A DNA stretch of 27,945 nt, from positions 1 through 27,945 of the forward strand of contig JAKQQL010000039.1 in the NCBI GenBank assembly GCA_029564175.1. Reading direction: 5' to 3'. A program made the position numbers and the translations under genes. Below the pieces are notes generated by a model. The model saw only the letters and a program-made list of their open reading frames with translations, had not been told where the DNA came from and searched no databases. This stretch comes from Candidatus Cloacimonadota bacterium (GTDB lineage: Bacteria > Cloacimonadota > Cloacimonadia > Cloacimonadales > WRIO01). This document shows, one piece after another, positions 9,016-19,116 of the stretch (its first letter is position 1; every line of letters begins with the position of its first letter).

Positions 9016-11220
9016 ATGAAGAGAATATTCCTTTTGTGCTGGCTTAGCCTGTGTTTAAGTTCTTTATTTTCTGCAGGTAAAGAACGGAATGTACTGATTC
9101 TTTCTTCATATCATGAAGGATATTTATGGGAAGACCAGATCGTTCAGGGGATGGTATCAAAAATTGAAGAATCCTCTTTTGATTTAAAAATATACCACGA
9201 ACAACTAGATGTGATGCGTATCCCATTTGATAAAGAAGATTTTGCTGACTTTTTTAAAAAAAAATATGCTTCAGTTTACTTTGATTTGATAATGACAGCT
9301 GATGATGCGGCTTATTCTTTTGTTAAAAACTACTATGATGATATGTTTTTGGGCAAACCAGTTGTCTTTTGCGGAGTGAATAATTATTCTGAACGTGAAA
9401 TACAAGAAAACATCATGAATGCTACTGGTATAAATGAAAAAATCAACGTACTGGAAACCACTCAAACGCTTCTTAAACTTTTACCAGATACTAAAAAAAT
9501 CTATGTTTATGGTGATGGGTCACAGCTTTATCAAATCAATAAAGCGATTTTAATCAAAGATCTGGAATCTGTCGATAAAAAGATAAAGATATATTTTACA
9601 GATTCATTTAATATTGACCAATTGTGTGAGCATGCAAAAAAACTGGATAAACAATCTGCGATTTTTATCATATCCCCACTTTTTGATAAATACAAAAAAA
9701 CAATTACCCCTATTCAAAAAGCAGGAGAGATGATTTCAAAAAACACAGATGTTCCAATAATCAGTTTTTGGGATTTTTGGCTAGGATCAGGTATTTTAGG
9801 TGGAAAATTAGTCAGCTCAAGAGCTCAGGGAGAAAAGGCTGGTGAAATTGCATTCAGAATACTTAATGGTGAAACAACAAGAACAATTCCGATCGTAACA
9901 GAGAGTCCGAATGAGTATATGTTTGATTATCATCAGTTAAAAAAATATAATATCAGTTTACGAGATTTACCTAAGGGTTCAAAAATCATTAATAAGCCAG
10001 TTTATGCTTATCAGATTAACCGATTATGGCTTTGGTTTTTTATAATGGTGTTTTCTGTGGTTTTAGGCAGCTTGATTCTTGTCTTGTTTGAGATAAAAAA
10101 AAGAATACGTTTAGAGGTTATTAATAAGGAACATATCCTTTTTTTAAAAACGTTTATTGAAACAATTCCAATACCAGTGTTTTATAAAGATGCTGAAAAT
10201 AGATTCAAGCTGTGTAATCTGGCTTTTGAAAATTTGCTTGGAATTGATAAAGAAAAAGTGATTGGACATTATTCTCAGGATTTCCAGCATTATAAGGATA
10301 CAGAAAAGCATCTTTGTTACGATCAGAAATTGATCGAAGGAGAGCTGGATGCCGTTAATTATGAAGCGTTAATTATAGATGCCCATGGTTTTGAAAAAAA
10401 TATACTGGTTTCTAAAGCATCTGTATCTGATTTGGACAAACATATTACTGGTATTATTGGTGCTGTTCAGGATGTTACAGAAATCAAAAGACAGGAAAAA
10501 CTGATTAAACATCAAATGCAGGAACTAAAAATTAAGAACAACGAAATGGAAAGTTTTATTTACACTGTCTCTCATGATTTAAAAAGTCCATTGATAACTA
10601 TTAAAGGCTTTATGAATTTCATTGAAAGAGATTATGCAAATAATGATCCAGAACAATTTGCTGGAGACTGTAAAAAAGTTATGGGAGCAGCTGAAAAAAT
10701 GCAATACTTACTGGAAGATTTACTTCAGCTGTCAAGAATTGGCAGAGTTGTAAGAGAACCTGAAGAATTTCGCATGGATGAAGTGTTGAACGAGTTGGAA
10801 AATAGCCTGGCAGGTATTATTAACAATTCAAATGCAACTCTTGACTATCCCAATGCGATGCCTGCAATATATGCAGATAAGAACCGAATTAGAGAAGTAT
10901 GGCAAAATTTGATTGAAAATTCTATCAAATATAGAAAAGAGAAGGTATCTCCCTACATAAAAATCAGCTATGAGAAAAAGGAAAACAATATCATATACTC
11001 GTATAAAGATAATGGTATTGGGATCGATCCAAAGTATCATGAAAAAATATTCGTTTTATTTGAAAAACTAAACCAAAATACGCCTGGAACAGGTATTGGT
11101 TTGGCAAGAGTAAAAAAAATAGTTGAACTTTATCAGGGGAAAATTTGGGTTGAACAGTCAGCTTTGAACCAGGGGACTGTTTTTAAATTCTTTTTCAGGT
11201 CGCAAAGAGGTAAAAAATGA
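9016..11220 (+). CDS. Membrane sensor histidine kinase (ABC-substrate-binding-like periplasmic domain, TM, PAS, HisKA, HATPase)
   Basis: Signal peptide, PVVFCGVN and GGKLVS motifs, TM helix LWLWFFIMVFSVVLGSLILVLF, PAS (IPIPVFYKD...CNLAFE), H-box SHDLKSPL, N-box NLIENSIKY, DNGIGI, GTGIGLA. Confidence 0.92.
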   Translation: MKRIFLLCWLSLCLSSLFSAGKERNVLILSSYHEGYLWEDQIVQGMVSKIEESSFDLKIYHEQLDVMRIPFDKEDFADFFKKKYASVYFDLIMTADDAAYSFVKNYYDDMFLGKPVVFCGVNNYSEREIQENIMNATGINEKINVLETTQTLLKLLPDTKKIYVYGDGSQLYQINKAILIKDLESVDKKIKIYFTDSFNIDQLCEHAKKLDKQSAIFIISPLFDKYKKTITPIQKAGEMISKNTDVPIISFWDFWLGSGILGGKLVSSRAQGEKAGEIAFRILNGETTRTIPIVTESPNEYMFDYHQLKKYNISLRDLPKGSKIINKPVYAYQINRLWLWFFIMVFSVVLGSLILVLFEIKKRIRLEVINKEHILFLKTFIETIPIPVFYKDAENRFKLCNLAFENLLGIDKEKVIGHYSQDFQHYKDTEKHLCYDQKLIEGELDAVNYEALIIDAHGFEKNILVSKASVSDLDKHITGIIGAVQDVTEIKRQEKLIKHQMQELKIKNNEMESFIYTVSHDLKSPLITIKGFMNFIERDYANNDPEQFAGDCKKVMGAAEKMQYLLEDLLQLSRIGRVVREPEEFRMDEVLNELENSLAGIINNSNATLDYPNAMPAIYADKNRIREVWQNLIENSIKYRKEKVSPYIKISYEKKENNIIYSYKDNGIGIDPKYHEKIFVLFEKLNQNTPGTGIGLARVKKIVELYQGKIWVEQSALNQGTVFKFFFRSQRGKK

Positions 11221-11654
11221 AAACGATTCAAAATGAAGTTATCATCATTGAAGATAATGATGATCATGCAGAACTAATTGTAAGAGCTTTAAAAAACAAA
11301 CAACCCCATTTAAATATCAGTCGTTTAAATGATGGAGAAAAAGCAATTGATTATCTTTCATCTATTGAGAATAATAAATCACGTTATCCCCGAATGATTT
11401 TGCTTGATCTCAGACTACCTAAACATGATGGGATTGAGGTCTTGTCTATGATAAAAAACTCAAAAACTTTATGTATTATTCCTGTGATTGTATTCTCATC
11501 GTCTGATGAACATCGTGATATATTAAATGCATACAACAATCATGCAAACAGCTATCTGGTTAAACCTATGGATTTCAATAAACTCCAATACTCAATCAAT
11601 GAGTTAAGTGATTACTGGTTAAACCTGAATATCCACCTCTATAATCCTCTGTAG
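11217..11654 (+). CDS. Single-domain response regulator (Rcp1-like receiver)
   Basis: IIIEDNDD, LLDLRLPKHDG, ANSYLVKP, C-terminal YWL; ATGA overlap with the kinase gene. Confidence 0.92.
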   Translation: MKTIQNEVIIIEDNDDHAELIVRALKNKQPHLNISRLNDGEKAIDYLSSIENNKSRYPRMILLDLRLPKHDGIEVLSMIKNSKTLCIIPVIVFSSSDEHRDILNAYNNHANSYLVKPMDFNKLQYSINELSDYWLNLNIHLYNPL

Positions 11655-11702
11655 AATATAGGTTCAAGTGACGATAATCCTGTATCTTGATTCTTTCTTT
11701 AC

Positions 11703-11746
11703 AAAAAAGAGAACTCTGACATATTGTCTGACTTCTCTTTTTTTTT
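11703..11746. terminator. Imperfect, possibly bidirectional terminator
   Basis: AAAAAAGAGAA...GACA-TAT-TGTC...TTCTCTTTTTT between convergent genes. Confidence 0.45.
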
Positions 11747-11761
11747 GGGGGGAAGGATGCT

Positions 11762-12430
11762 TTAATGAGAGTAAACAAAATTATAAGTGAATGCTCCGCT
11801 TAACAAGATCGCCAAAAATAACATAATCAAAACAATACGATAAATCAAAGAACGTTTTTTGTACGCATCAAAATCATAAGCTTTATTTTCCGAATCCAGG
11901 CTTTTCAGATAATGAATATATTCTGCTGAATTATATGCACTGAAAAGTCTGTCTTGAATGATGATGAAAATGTAAACGAAGAGATAGATTAGAAAATACA
12001 TCCATTTATTATTAATCAGGTATTCTCTGTTCTCAAAATCCATGATGGTTGTTATACTTACCGACATTATGATGTAAGCTAAGGGTTTAAGGTACATCAT
12101 GAGTTGGTATTCTTTTTTAAAGAAATCCAGATGTTTTTGAATCAGGTTAGCAACGGGTTGATTAAAATCATATATCTGATTGACTTCTTTTCTGATAAAA
12201 AGTGACAATAAAAGAAAAACAAAAGAAAAGATACATAATCCGACCGCAGTCCAAAAAGTATAAGGAAAGTCTCTGTATGTCCATGCCATAAACAACGAAA
12301 GACCAATATTCAGAATTGAAAGGTATAGGTAAGTAATAATTCCTTTGTTAAAATATCTGCTTGCCAGACAGGGTTTCTGGTTAATTACATGTTCAATTTT
12401 GTCCATGAGTATTTTCTTTTCTTCTAACAT
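11762..12430 (-). CDS. Multi-pass membrane protein, candidate anti-sigma factor
   Basis: About 5 hydrophobic segments; overlaps the ECF sigma stop by 7 nt. Confidence 0.65.
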   Translation of the reverse strand: MLEEKKILMDKIEHVINQKPCLASRYFNKGIITYLYLSILNIGLSLFMAWTYRDFPYTFWTAVGLCIFSFVFLLLSLFIRKEVNQIYDFNQPVANLIQKHLDFFKKEYQLMMYLKPLAYIIMSVSITTIMDFENREYLINNKWMYFLIYLFVYIFIIIQDRLFSAYNSAEYIHYLKSLDSENKAYDFDAYKKRSLIYRIVLIMLFLAILLSGAFTYNFVYSH

Positions 12431-12948
12431 GATTCCTCCTGAAGAATAATTTCAATATAATGTTTCAGTTTTTTTCTGATACGACACATCCGAACATTAA
12501 AATTCTTTTCTGTAAAACCCAGAATGACTGCAATTTCAGCATAGGGTTTACCTTCCAGATACAGATGTACAATTGCCTTATCAATATCCGATAAACTAGA
12601 AATCCCATTTTTAACCAGTTCCCACTGATCTGTTTCATCCAATTTATCCTGATACTCAAAAACAGTTGCTTCGTTATGGAGCTTTTTGGTCAGATTAAAG
12701 AGGTTTTGTCTTTTTTTAATATTAAAGATAGCTGTATTCAAGGCAACTCTGTACATCCAGGTTTCGATTTTAGATAAACCTTTAAAACCAGGGTATGATT
12801 TCCAGAGTTGCAAGAGAATTTCCTGCTCAAGATCAGCCTTATCTGAATCGGTATGTGCATATAATCTGACAATTTTAATAATCAGGGCTTTATTATCAAA
12901 GATCAGACTGCAGAATTCTTCAGATTGACTACTTTGACTGGTTTTCAT
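12424..12948 (-). CDS. ECF RNA polymerase sigma factor
   Basis: DLEQEILLQLWKSYPGF, TWMYRVALNTA (region 2), LYLEGKPYAEIAVILG...RIRKKLK (region 4); AAGGAG RBS. Confidence 0.93.
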   Translation of the reverse strand: MKTSQSSQSEEFCSLIFDNKALIIKIVRLYAHTDSDKADLEQEILLQLWKSYPGFKGLSKIETWMYRVALNTAIFNIKKRQNLFNLTKKLHNEATVFEYQDKLDETDQWELVKNGISSLSDIDKAIVHLYLEGKPYAEIAVILGFTEKNFNVRMCRIRKKLKHYIEIILQEESC

Positions 12949-13145
12949 CCTGTCTCTCCTTTCTTCTTTATTAACCTATTAGTATAAAAAAAAACAAAAA
13001 GCTACATTTATTTTTTCAGTTTTAAAAAAAATCTTTACTAATTTTAAAGCTTTATTTTTATGGGAACAGAGCATCTTAATCATATAGATATTTTTGAATA
13101 TATTATCAGAATGTCAATAAATAAAACCATAAAGTGGAGGAAAGA

Positions 13146-13571
13146 ATGAAGAAGACAAAAACGATTATGCTGATTATTCTAATCAGTATACTGGCAATGA
13201 GCAATTTATTAGCGAAAGGAAAAATAGTAAAAATGGAATCCGGATTAACGTATGAAATTACAACAAAAGGTAATGGCGAAGCATGTAAAAAAGGTGATTT
13301 AGTAAGAGTTCACTACACTGGTTGGCTCTTGGATGGTAAGAAATTTGACAGTTCAAAAGATCGCAATCAGCCATTTGATTTTAAATTAGGTGCCGGCATG
13401 GTGATTAAAGGCTGGGATCAGGGTGTTGATGGTATGAAAATTGGTGAAGTCAGAATGCTGACAATCCCTTCAGACATGGCTTATGGTGATAGAGGTGCTG
13501 GCGGAGTGATTCCTCCAAAAGCAACCTTAAAATTTGAAGTTCAGTTACTGGAAATCAACCCTAAGAAATAA
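13146..13571 (+). CDS. FKBP-type peptidyl-prolyl cis-trans isomerase with signal peptide
   Basis: [40 protein letters not shown] 13146 follows GGAGG. Confidence 0.95.
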   Translation: MKKTKTIMLIILISILAMSNLLAKGKIVKMESGLTYEITTKGNGEACKKGDLVRVHYTGWLLDGKKFDSSKDRNQPFDFKLGAGMVIKGWDQGVDGMKIGEVRMLTIPSDMAYGDRGAGGVIPPKATLKFEVQLLEINPKK

Positions 13572-13575
13572 ACTC

Positions 13576-13597
13576 GTACTGCAAGCATCCTGCTTGC
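13576..13597 (+). repeat. REP-like palindrome
   Basis: GTACT-GCAAGCA-TCC-TGCTTGC; degenerate relatives at 20853-20874 and 20886-20907. Confidence 0.5.
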
Positions 13598-13636
13598 TGA
13601 AAAAAAAAGATTATTTTAGAAATAAAAGGAGCATGA

Positions 13637-15664
13637 ATGAGCCAAAATCCATTCTTTGAAAAGTGGAATACGCCTTTTGAGGCAATCCCTTTTCATTTAA
13701 TTAAAACAGAACATTTTTTACCGGCAATTGATAAAAGCCTTGAAATTGCCCGTGAAAACATGAAAAAAGTTAAAGAAAATAATGAAACCCCTACTTTTGA
13801 TAATACCGTGTTAGCACTTGAAACCGGCGAAGAAGACTTAGGCATAGTTGGCGGTATTTTTTTCAACTTACTTTCTGCTGAATCTGATGATGAATTCAAA
13901 CAATTAGCCAATGAAATCTCTCCAAAATTAGCAACTTTGGCATCAGAAGTATTCCTCGATGATGTCCTGTTTGAAAAAGTGAAGCATGTTTACGAACATC
14001 AGGAAGATTTGAATGCTGAACAAAAAAGATTACTGGATACACTTTATAAACGTTTTATCAGAAACGGTGCATTGTTAGATCCTGAAAAGAAAAAAAGACT
14101 TGAACAGATCGACCAGGAACTTTCTGTACTCTCTCCTAACTTCTCTCGTAATGTATTAAATTCTACTAATGCTTTTATACACTTTGTAAACAGCGAAGAA
14201 GAATTGGACGGATTACCAGAAACTGCTAAACAGGCAGCTAAAGATCTGGCAGTAAAAAAAGGTGAAGCAGAAAAATGGGCATTTAACTTACAAGCCCCAT
14301 CAATCATCCCTGTGATGAGCTATGCAAAAAATCGCCAGTTAAGAGAAACCATATCCCGTGCATCAGGTAAAAAAGCGTTTAACGATGAATTTGATAATCA
14401 GGATATTATTAAACAAATTATCACGCTGAAACAGGAAAGAGCTGAACTCTTAGGTTATAAAACTCATGCAGATTATGTTTTACAGGAAAGAATGGCTGAA
14501 AATATTGAAACCGTCAAAGAATTCCTTGAAAAGATCTATAATGTGTCTTATCCAAGAGCAAAAGAAGAAATTGAAGAGTTAAAAGCACTTGCTAAACGTC
14601 TTGATAACCTTGATACTTTTATGGGATGGGATTCATCTTACTACACTGAAATCATGAAAAAAGAAAAATATGATTTCAATGAAGAAGAGCTGAAACCATA
14701 TTTCAAAATGGAAAACTGTATCGAAGGAATGTTTAAAACAGCAGAAAAACTATATGGTCTGCAGTTTAAACAAAACACAGAAATTCCTGTATATCATAAA
14801 GATGTAACAGTCTATGAAGTCACTGAAAATAATGATAAGTTCGTTGGTTTACTTTATCTGGATCTATTCCCAAGAGAAACCAAACGTGACGGCGCATGGA
14901 TGACCAGCTTCCGTTCACAGGGCTTACATAAGGGTGAGATCGTAAGACCATTTATTTCCATAGTTGCCAATATGACTCCATCTACTTCTGAAACTCCTTC
15001 TCTACTCAGATTAGGTGAAGTTCAAACGCTTTTCCATGAATTCGGTCATGCGCTTCATGGTCTTTTATCTGATTGTGTTTATCCTTCTCTTGCCAGCCCT
15101 AATGTGTATTGGGATTTTGTTGAGTTACCAAGCCAGATTATGGAAAACTGGGTCACCGAAGAGGAAACACTCAAACTGTTTGCTTATCATTATCAGACAG
15201 GAGAATTAATCCCTTCAGATTTGATTGAAAAAGTTAAAAAAGCAGAGAAATTTAACAAAGGTATCTTCAATATCAGACAACTTACTTTTGGTATGTTGGA
15301 TATGGCATGGTTTTCACAGGATAACAGAGACGTACAAAATGTGCCTGAATTTGAAGAGAAAGCACTTGATAGACTTCGTTTACTGCCAAAGGTTGAAGGG
15401 ATGTGTTCATCAACCAGTTTTTCACATATCTTTGCCGGCGGTTATTCTTCAGGCTACTATTCCTACAAATGGGCAGAAGTACTCGATGCAGATGCTTTTG
15501 AAAAATTCCTGGAAGAGGGTATCTTTAACCCTGAGACTGCCCGTTCTTTCAGAGAAAACATTCTTTCAAAGGGAAATACAGAACATCCAATGAACCTATA
15601 TGTAAAATTCCGTGGCCGTAAGCCAGATGCCAGTGCATCTCTCAGAAGAGACGGCTTGATTTAA
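13637..15664 (+). CDS. dcp: M3 family metallopeptidase (peptidyl-dipeptidase Dcp-like)
   Basis: FHEFGHALHG zinc motif, KRDGAWM, WDFVELPSQIMENW, FSHIFAGGYSSGYYSYKWAE. Confidence 0.92.
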   Translation: MSQNPFFEKWNTPFEAIPFHLIKTEHFLPAIDKSLEIARENMKKVKENNETPTFDNTVLALETGEEDLGIVGGIFFNLLSAESDDEFKQLANEISPKLATLASEVFLDDVLFEKVKHVYEHQEDLNAEQKRLLDTLYKRFIRNGALLDPEKKKRLEQIDQELSVLSPNFSRNVLNSTNAFIHFVNSEEELDGLPETAKQAAKDLAVKKGEAEKWAFNLQAPSIIPVMSYAKNRQLRETISRASGKKAFNDEFDNQDIIKQIITLKQERAELLGYKTHADYVLQERMAENIETVKEFLEKIYNVSYPRAKEEIEELKALAKRLDNLDTFMGWDSSYYTEIMKKEKYDFNEEELKPYFKMENCIEGMFKTAEKLYGLQFKQNTEIPVYHKDVTVYEVTENNDKFVGLLYLDLFPRETKRDGAWMTSFRSQGLHKGEIVRPFISIVANMTPSTSETPSLLRLGEVQTLFHEFGHALHGLLSDCVYPSLASPNVYWDFVELPSQIMENWVTEEETLKLFAYHYQTGELIPSDLIEKVKKAEKFNKGIFNIRQLTFGMLDMAWFSQDNRDVQNVPEFEEKALDRLRLLPKVEGMCSSTSFSHIFAGGYSSGYYSYKWAEVLDADAFEKFLEEGIFNPETARSFRENILSKGNTEHPMNLYVKFRGRKPDASASLRRDGLI

Positions 15665-15670
15665 TATTCT

Positions 15671-15704
15671 AAAGCCCATTATACTGAGTATAATGGGCTT
15701 TTTT
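15671..15704 (+). terminator. Intrinsic terminator after dcp
   Basis: Perfect 14-bp stem AAAGCCCATTATAC / GTATAATGGGCTTT followed by a T tract. Confidence 0.85.
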
Positions 15705-15726
15705 ATTTAGGGAAACAGGAGAATTT

Positions 15727-16377
15727 ATGATTTTTGACTACTTTAAACGTTTTCAAGAGAAATACTATCAGACCAGAGGTCAGCGTATGCTTTCCAGAGG
15801 TGTAAAAGATAAAGCCTATCATTATTTTCAGAAAGCGCTTCTTCTCAATGCGAATTATATCAATCAGTATAACATGGGCTTAGTTCTGATTACTATGAAT
15901 AAACATGAAATGGCACTTGATTATCTGGAAAAAGTACTCAATCAGTATCCGGATAATGAAGTGATTCTAACAACTATTGCTGAAACCTATACGATTTTAA
16001 GAAAATGGGATCAGGCGATAGAATGTTATAAAAAACTCTCTAAAGAGCATCCGGATTTTCCACTTTACCAGAAAAATTATAAACGGATCAAAAGTGAATC
16101 TGAAAGAGAAAAATATGTTTGTTCCAGAGAATTGTTTTTTAAAGGTATGGATTATCAGGATAATAAATCATTCAATGAAGCTATCAAAACATTTGAAGAG
16201 GCTTTAGCACTTGATCCGGATAATGCCATGATTTACAATACGCTTGGAATAACAATGATGAAAGCAAACAGACCCAAAAAAGATATAGAATCCTGTTTTG
16301 AGAAAGCGGTACAACTTTCTCCGTCAAATACAGGTTACAAACACAATCTGGCAAAGATTAAAACCAGAAAGAAATAA
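15727..16377 (+). CDS. Tetratricopeptide repeat protein
   Basis: Repeated TPR signatures (ALDYLEKVLNQYPDN, AIKTFEEALALDPDNAMIYNTLG, FEKAVQLSPSN). Confidence 0.88.
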   Translation: MIFDYFKRFQEKYYQTRGQRMLSRGVKDKAYHYFQKALLLNANYINQYNMGLVLITMNKHEMALDYLEKVLNQYPDNEVILTTIAETYTILRKWDQAIECYKKLSKEHPDFPLYQKNYKRIKSESEREKYVCSRELFFKGMDYQDNKSFNEAIKTFEEALALDPDNAMIYNTLGITMMKANRPKKDIESCFEKAVQLSPSNTGYKHNLAKIKTRKK

Positions 16378-16862
16378 TGAAGAAAATACTGATTTTATTT
16401 CAGTTTATCCTTCTTTTTGTTATCGTTGTTCTTTTTAATCCTTTAAGCAATCGAGTGATTACTTATTATTACAGTAAAAAGCTAAACCTCAATTCTACTT
16501 ATTTTTACAGGCAGATAAACTCTGAGAGTTCTTTTCGATGCTTTGCCTATTCATATGCCAGTGCAATTGGACCTGGACAGATTACTTTTGATACAGCCAG
16601 ATATCTTCATAAGGATATTAAAAAATGGCAATTATGGTTACCATGGATTAACATCAGAACATCTGGCGAGTATATGATATATCTGTTAAAAAAATATAAG
16701 CAAAACTATAGCCTAGCACTTGCCGCATACAACTGGGGTGAAACGAATGTGGATAAAAAACTAAAATATCATCAGATAAATGTTGTACGGCATATTAACT
16801 ATCGCTTTTTATTTAAAAATGTAACTGAAACCAATACTTTTCTCTTGAAGATAATGGAATAG
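16377..16862 (+). CDS. SLT-domain lytic transglycosylase with N-terminal membrane anchor
   Basis: Catalytic ES motif (INSESSF), AIGPGQI (GLMQ equivalent), ALAAYNWG; TAATG coupling to the TPR gene. Confidence 0.85.
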   Translation: MKKILILFQFILLFVIVVLFNPLSNRVITYYYSKKLNLNSTYFYRQINSESSFRCFAYSYASAIGPGQITFDTARYLHKDIKKWQLWLPWINIRTSGEYMIYLLKKYKQNYSLALAAYNWGETNVDKKLKYHQINVVRHINYRFLFKNVTETNTFLLKIME

Positions 16863-16865
16863 GAA

Positions 16866-17927
16866 ATGGCTGAAGATACCGAAAAAACGGAGAAGCCCAC
16901 CAGTAAGCGGTTGGGAGAACAAAGAAGAAAAGGAAATGTTGCCAGATCAAGCGAAGTTGATACGGCATTCTTTTTGCTCATACTGCTTGTTTTTTTAAGA
17001 ATTGGCGGGCCATTGATGATTCATGTTTTCAAAGATATGTATCGGTATGCATTTGAAAATCTGACAATGAGTTTAGGAATACAAAATATTCAAACACTTG
17101 TTATAAAGTACTTTATTTATTTCTGGCTGGTAGTTGGACCATTAGGGTTCATATTAATGATAGTTGGAACTGTTTCTTCTATTATTCAAGTTGGCTGGAT
17201 TTTTACGACTGAACAGCTAAAAATGAAATGGGACTTCATTAAATTAGGTGGTTTTAAGGAAATCTTTTCTGTAGATGGATTTAAAAAGCTGGCAAAAGGT
17301 TTAATCAAGATATTTATATTATCTCTAATTATCTGGATGGTGATTCGTAAGGAAATTAACAGTTTTATGGGTCTTATATTTCTGGATATCAATCAGATAT
17401 TCATGTACCTGCTAAAGCTTATCGTAAAAGTCATTATCTATCTGCTTATTTTTTATATCTTCTTCGCTGTTGCGGATTTCTTTTGGAGTAAATATCTCTA
17501 TATCAAAAAATTGAAAATGACCAAATCAGAAGTCAAGGATGAGTTTAAGCAAATGGAAGGTGATCCTCAGGTAAAACGTAAAATATTGAATCTGATGATG
17601 GAAGAATCATTAAAACGGATGATGAAAGATATACCCCAGGCTGATGTTGTGATAACCAACCCGACTCATATCGCAATTGCCATTAAGTATGATCCAGACA
17701 TATCAGATGCGCCAATCGTATTAGCTAAAGGCAAACGGCTCATAGCAGAACGTATAAAAGAAATCGCACGTGAGAATAACATTCCAATTGTTGAAGATAA
17801 ACCACTTGCCCGGCTTCTTTATAAATTTTCTGAGATCGGTAAACCGATTGATGTTCAATTCTATGCAGCAGTTGCTGAAATTTTAGCTAATGTCTATAAG
17901 GCGAAAGGAAAAGGCTTTAGCAATTAG
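16866..17927 (+). CDS. flhB: FlhB/EscU/YscU-family type III export switch protein, full length
   Basis: EKTEKPTSKRL...RRKGNVARSSE, four TM segments, KMTKSEVKDEFKQMEGDPQVK, autocleavage NPTH, APIVLAKG, PLARLLY, AVAEILA. Confidence 0.93.
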   Translation: MAEDTEKTEKPTSKRLGEQRRKGNVARSSEVDTAFFLLILLVFLRIGGPLMIHVFKDMYRYAFENLTMSLGIQNIQTLVIKYFIYFWLVVGPLGFILMIVGTVSSIIQVGWIFTTEQLKMKWDFIKLGGFKEIFSVDGFKKLAKGLIKIFILSLIIWMVIRKEINSFMGLIFLDINQIFMYLLKLIVKVIIYLLIFYIFFAVADFFWSKYLYIKKLKMTKSEVKDEFKQMEGDPQVKRKILNLMMEESLKRMMKDIPQADVVITNPTHIAIAIKYDPDISDAPIVLAKGKRLIAERIKEIARENNIPIVEDKPLARLLYKFSEIGKPIDVQFYAAVAEILANVYKAKGKGFSN

Positions 17928-19116
17928 TGATTGCCTGTTTCTTTTTCATTGATTTTTGATATTTTCTGAACAGACTGAGACATAAAGTTGAAGTAACACA
18001 CAAGAATCCTACGCTGAGATAAGTAAATACTGTTCCGTTTTTATCCAGAGATAAACCGACCAAAGGTGATAAGATGGCAAAACCAAGACTGCCAGCCAGG
18101 CTAACCACTGATATAATCGTTGCTCTTTCCTGATCATTTACCTGATGATTGATGTAAAATCGGGTCGTTGTACTGTTCATACCTCTGACAATTTGCTGTA
18201 AAGCCAAAATCACAATCATAAACGGATACCTGAAGATTGCCGGCAGAATAAAGGATATGCACATCAGAGAAGCCAGCATTAATAAAATGTGTCTTGGTCT
18301 TTTTTCATAGAATCTTGCGCCAATTACTTTTGAAGAAAAAGCAGCAACCATATTGAAGAAGAAAAAGATCAATCCATACCAGAAAATGTCTATCTGTGTT
18401 AATACAAAATAAGGCTGATACATCCAGAACGAGACTCTTAAGGCAAAGCCAATCAGCATAGAATACAATATTAGCCAGAGCAAACGGGGAGTTGTAATGG
18501 CTATTTTGATACTTCTCCACACATGTTTTGAATAGGCATGCTCTGATTTCAGTCTATCAGGTTCATGAAAACTAAAAGCAAGTAAAATGGAAAACAAAAT
18601 AAAAGCAACACTTATCCAAAAAGGCGAATATACGGAGTATTTATACAACATACTACTGACAATTGAACCAAGCCCCTGTCCGATAAAAACAAGTGATCCC
18701 GCATGACCTTCTTTATGCTGATACTCTGCTTTTCTGTTTAATCTGTCCAGACTTTCATAAAGAATGGCTGAATCTGCTCCACTGGTGAAGGTAATTCCTA
18801 AACCAAATATAATCTCTGCTAAGGCAAAAAAATAAAATGACCTGAATAGAATGTAAATCACTAATCCCAATGCCATACACAATGAACCCATCATCAGAGA
18901 TGATTTTCTGGACAATTTATCTGCAACGGCACCTGTTGGTATTTCAAACAGAAAAACAGCAACTGCTGAGATTGATTGCAACAACAGAATCTGAGTATAA
19001 TTTAACCCCTTGAACAACATAAAAGGGATTAGTACCGGTCCGATAATCATCATATTAACCCATAAACGGTAATGTGGATATAATCTGATATTTTTCAGGT
19101 ATTTTTTTTCTGTCAT
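17917..19116 (-). CDS. MFS transporter
   Basis: About 12 TM segments, FEIPTGAVADKLSRKSS motif A, SGADSAILYESL. Confidence 0.9.
   Translation of the reverse strand: MTEKKYLKNIRLYPHYRLWVNMMIIGPVLIPFMLFKGLNYTQILLLQSISAVAVFLFEIPTGAVADKLSRKSSLMMGSLCMALGLVIYILFRSFYFFALAEIIFGLGITFTSGADSAILYESLDRLNRKAEYQHKEGHAGSLVFIGQGLGSIVSSMLYKYSVYSPFWISVAFILFSILLAFSFHEPDRLKSEHAYSKHVWRSIKIAITTPRLLWLILYSMLIGFALRVSFWMYQPYFVLTQIDIFWYGLIFFFFNMVAAFSSKVIGARFYEKRPRHILLMLASLMCISFILPAIFRYPFMIVILALQQIVRGMNSTTTRFYINHQVNDQERATIISVVSLAGSLGFAILSPLVGLSLDKNGTVFTYLSVGFLCVTSTLCLSLFRKYQKSMKKKQAITNC

Noticed and set aside
17917..17927. 11-nt convergent overlap of flhB and the MFS gene as a regulatory device
   Set aside because: Short tail-to-tail overlaps are common, and there is no further evidence.
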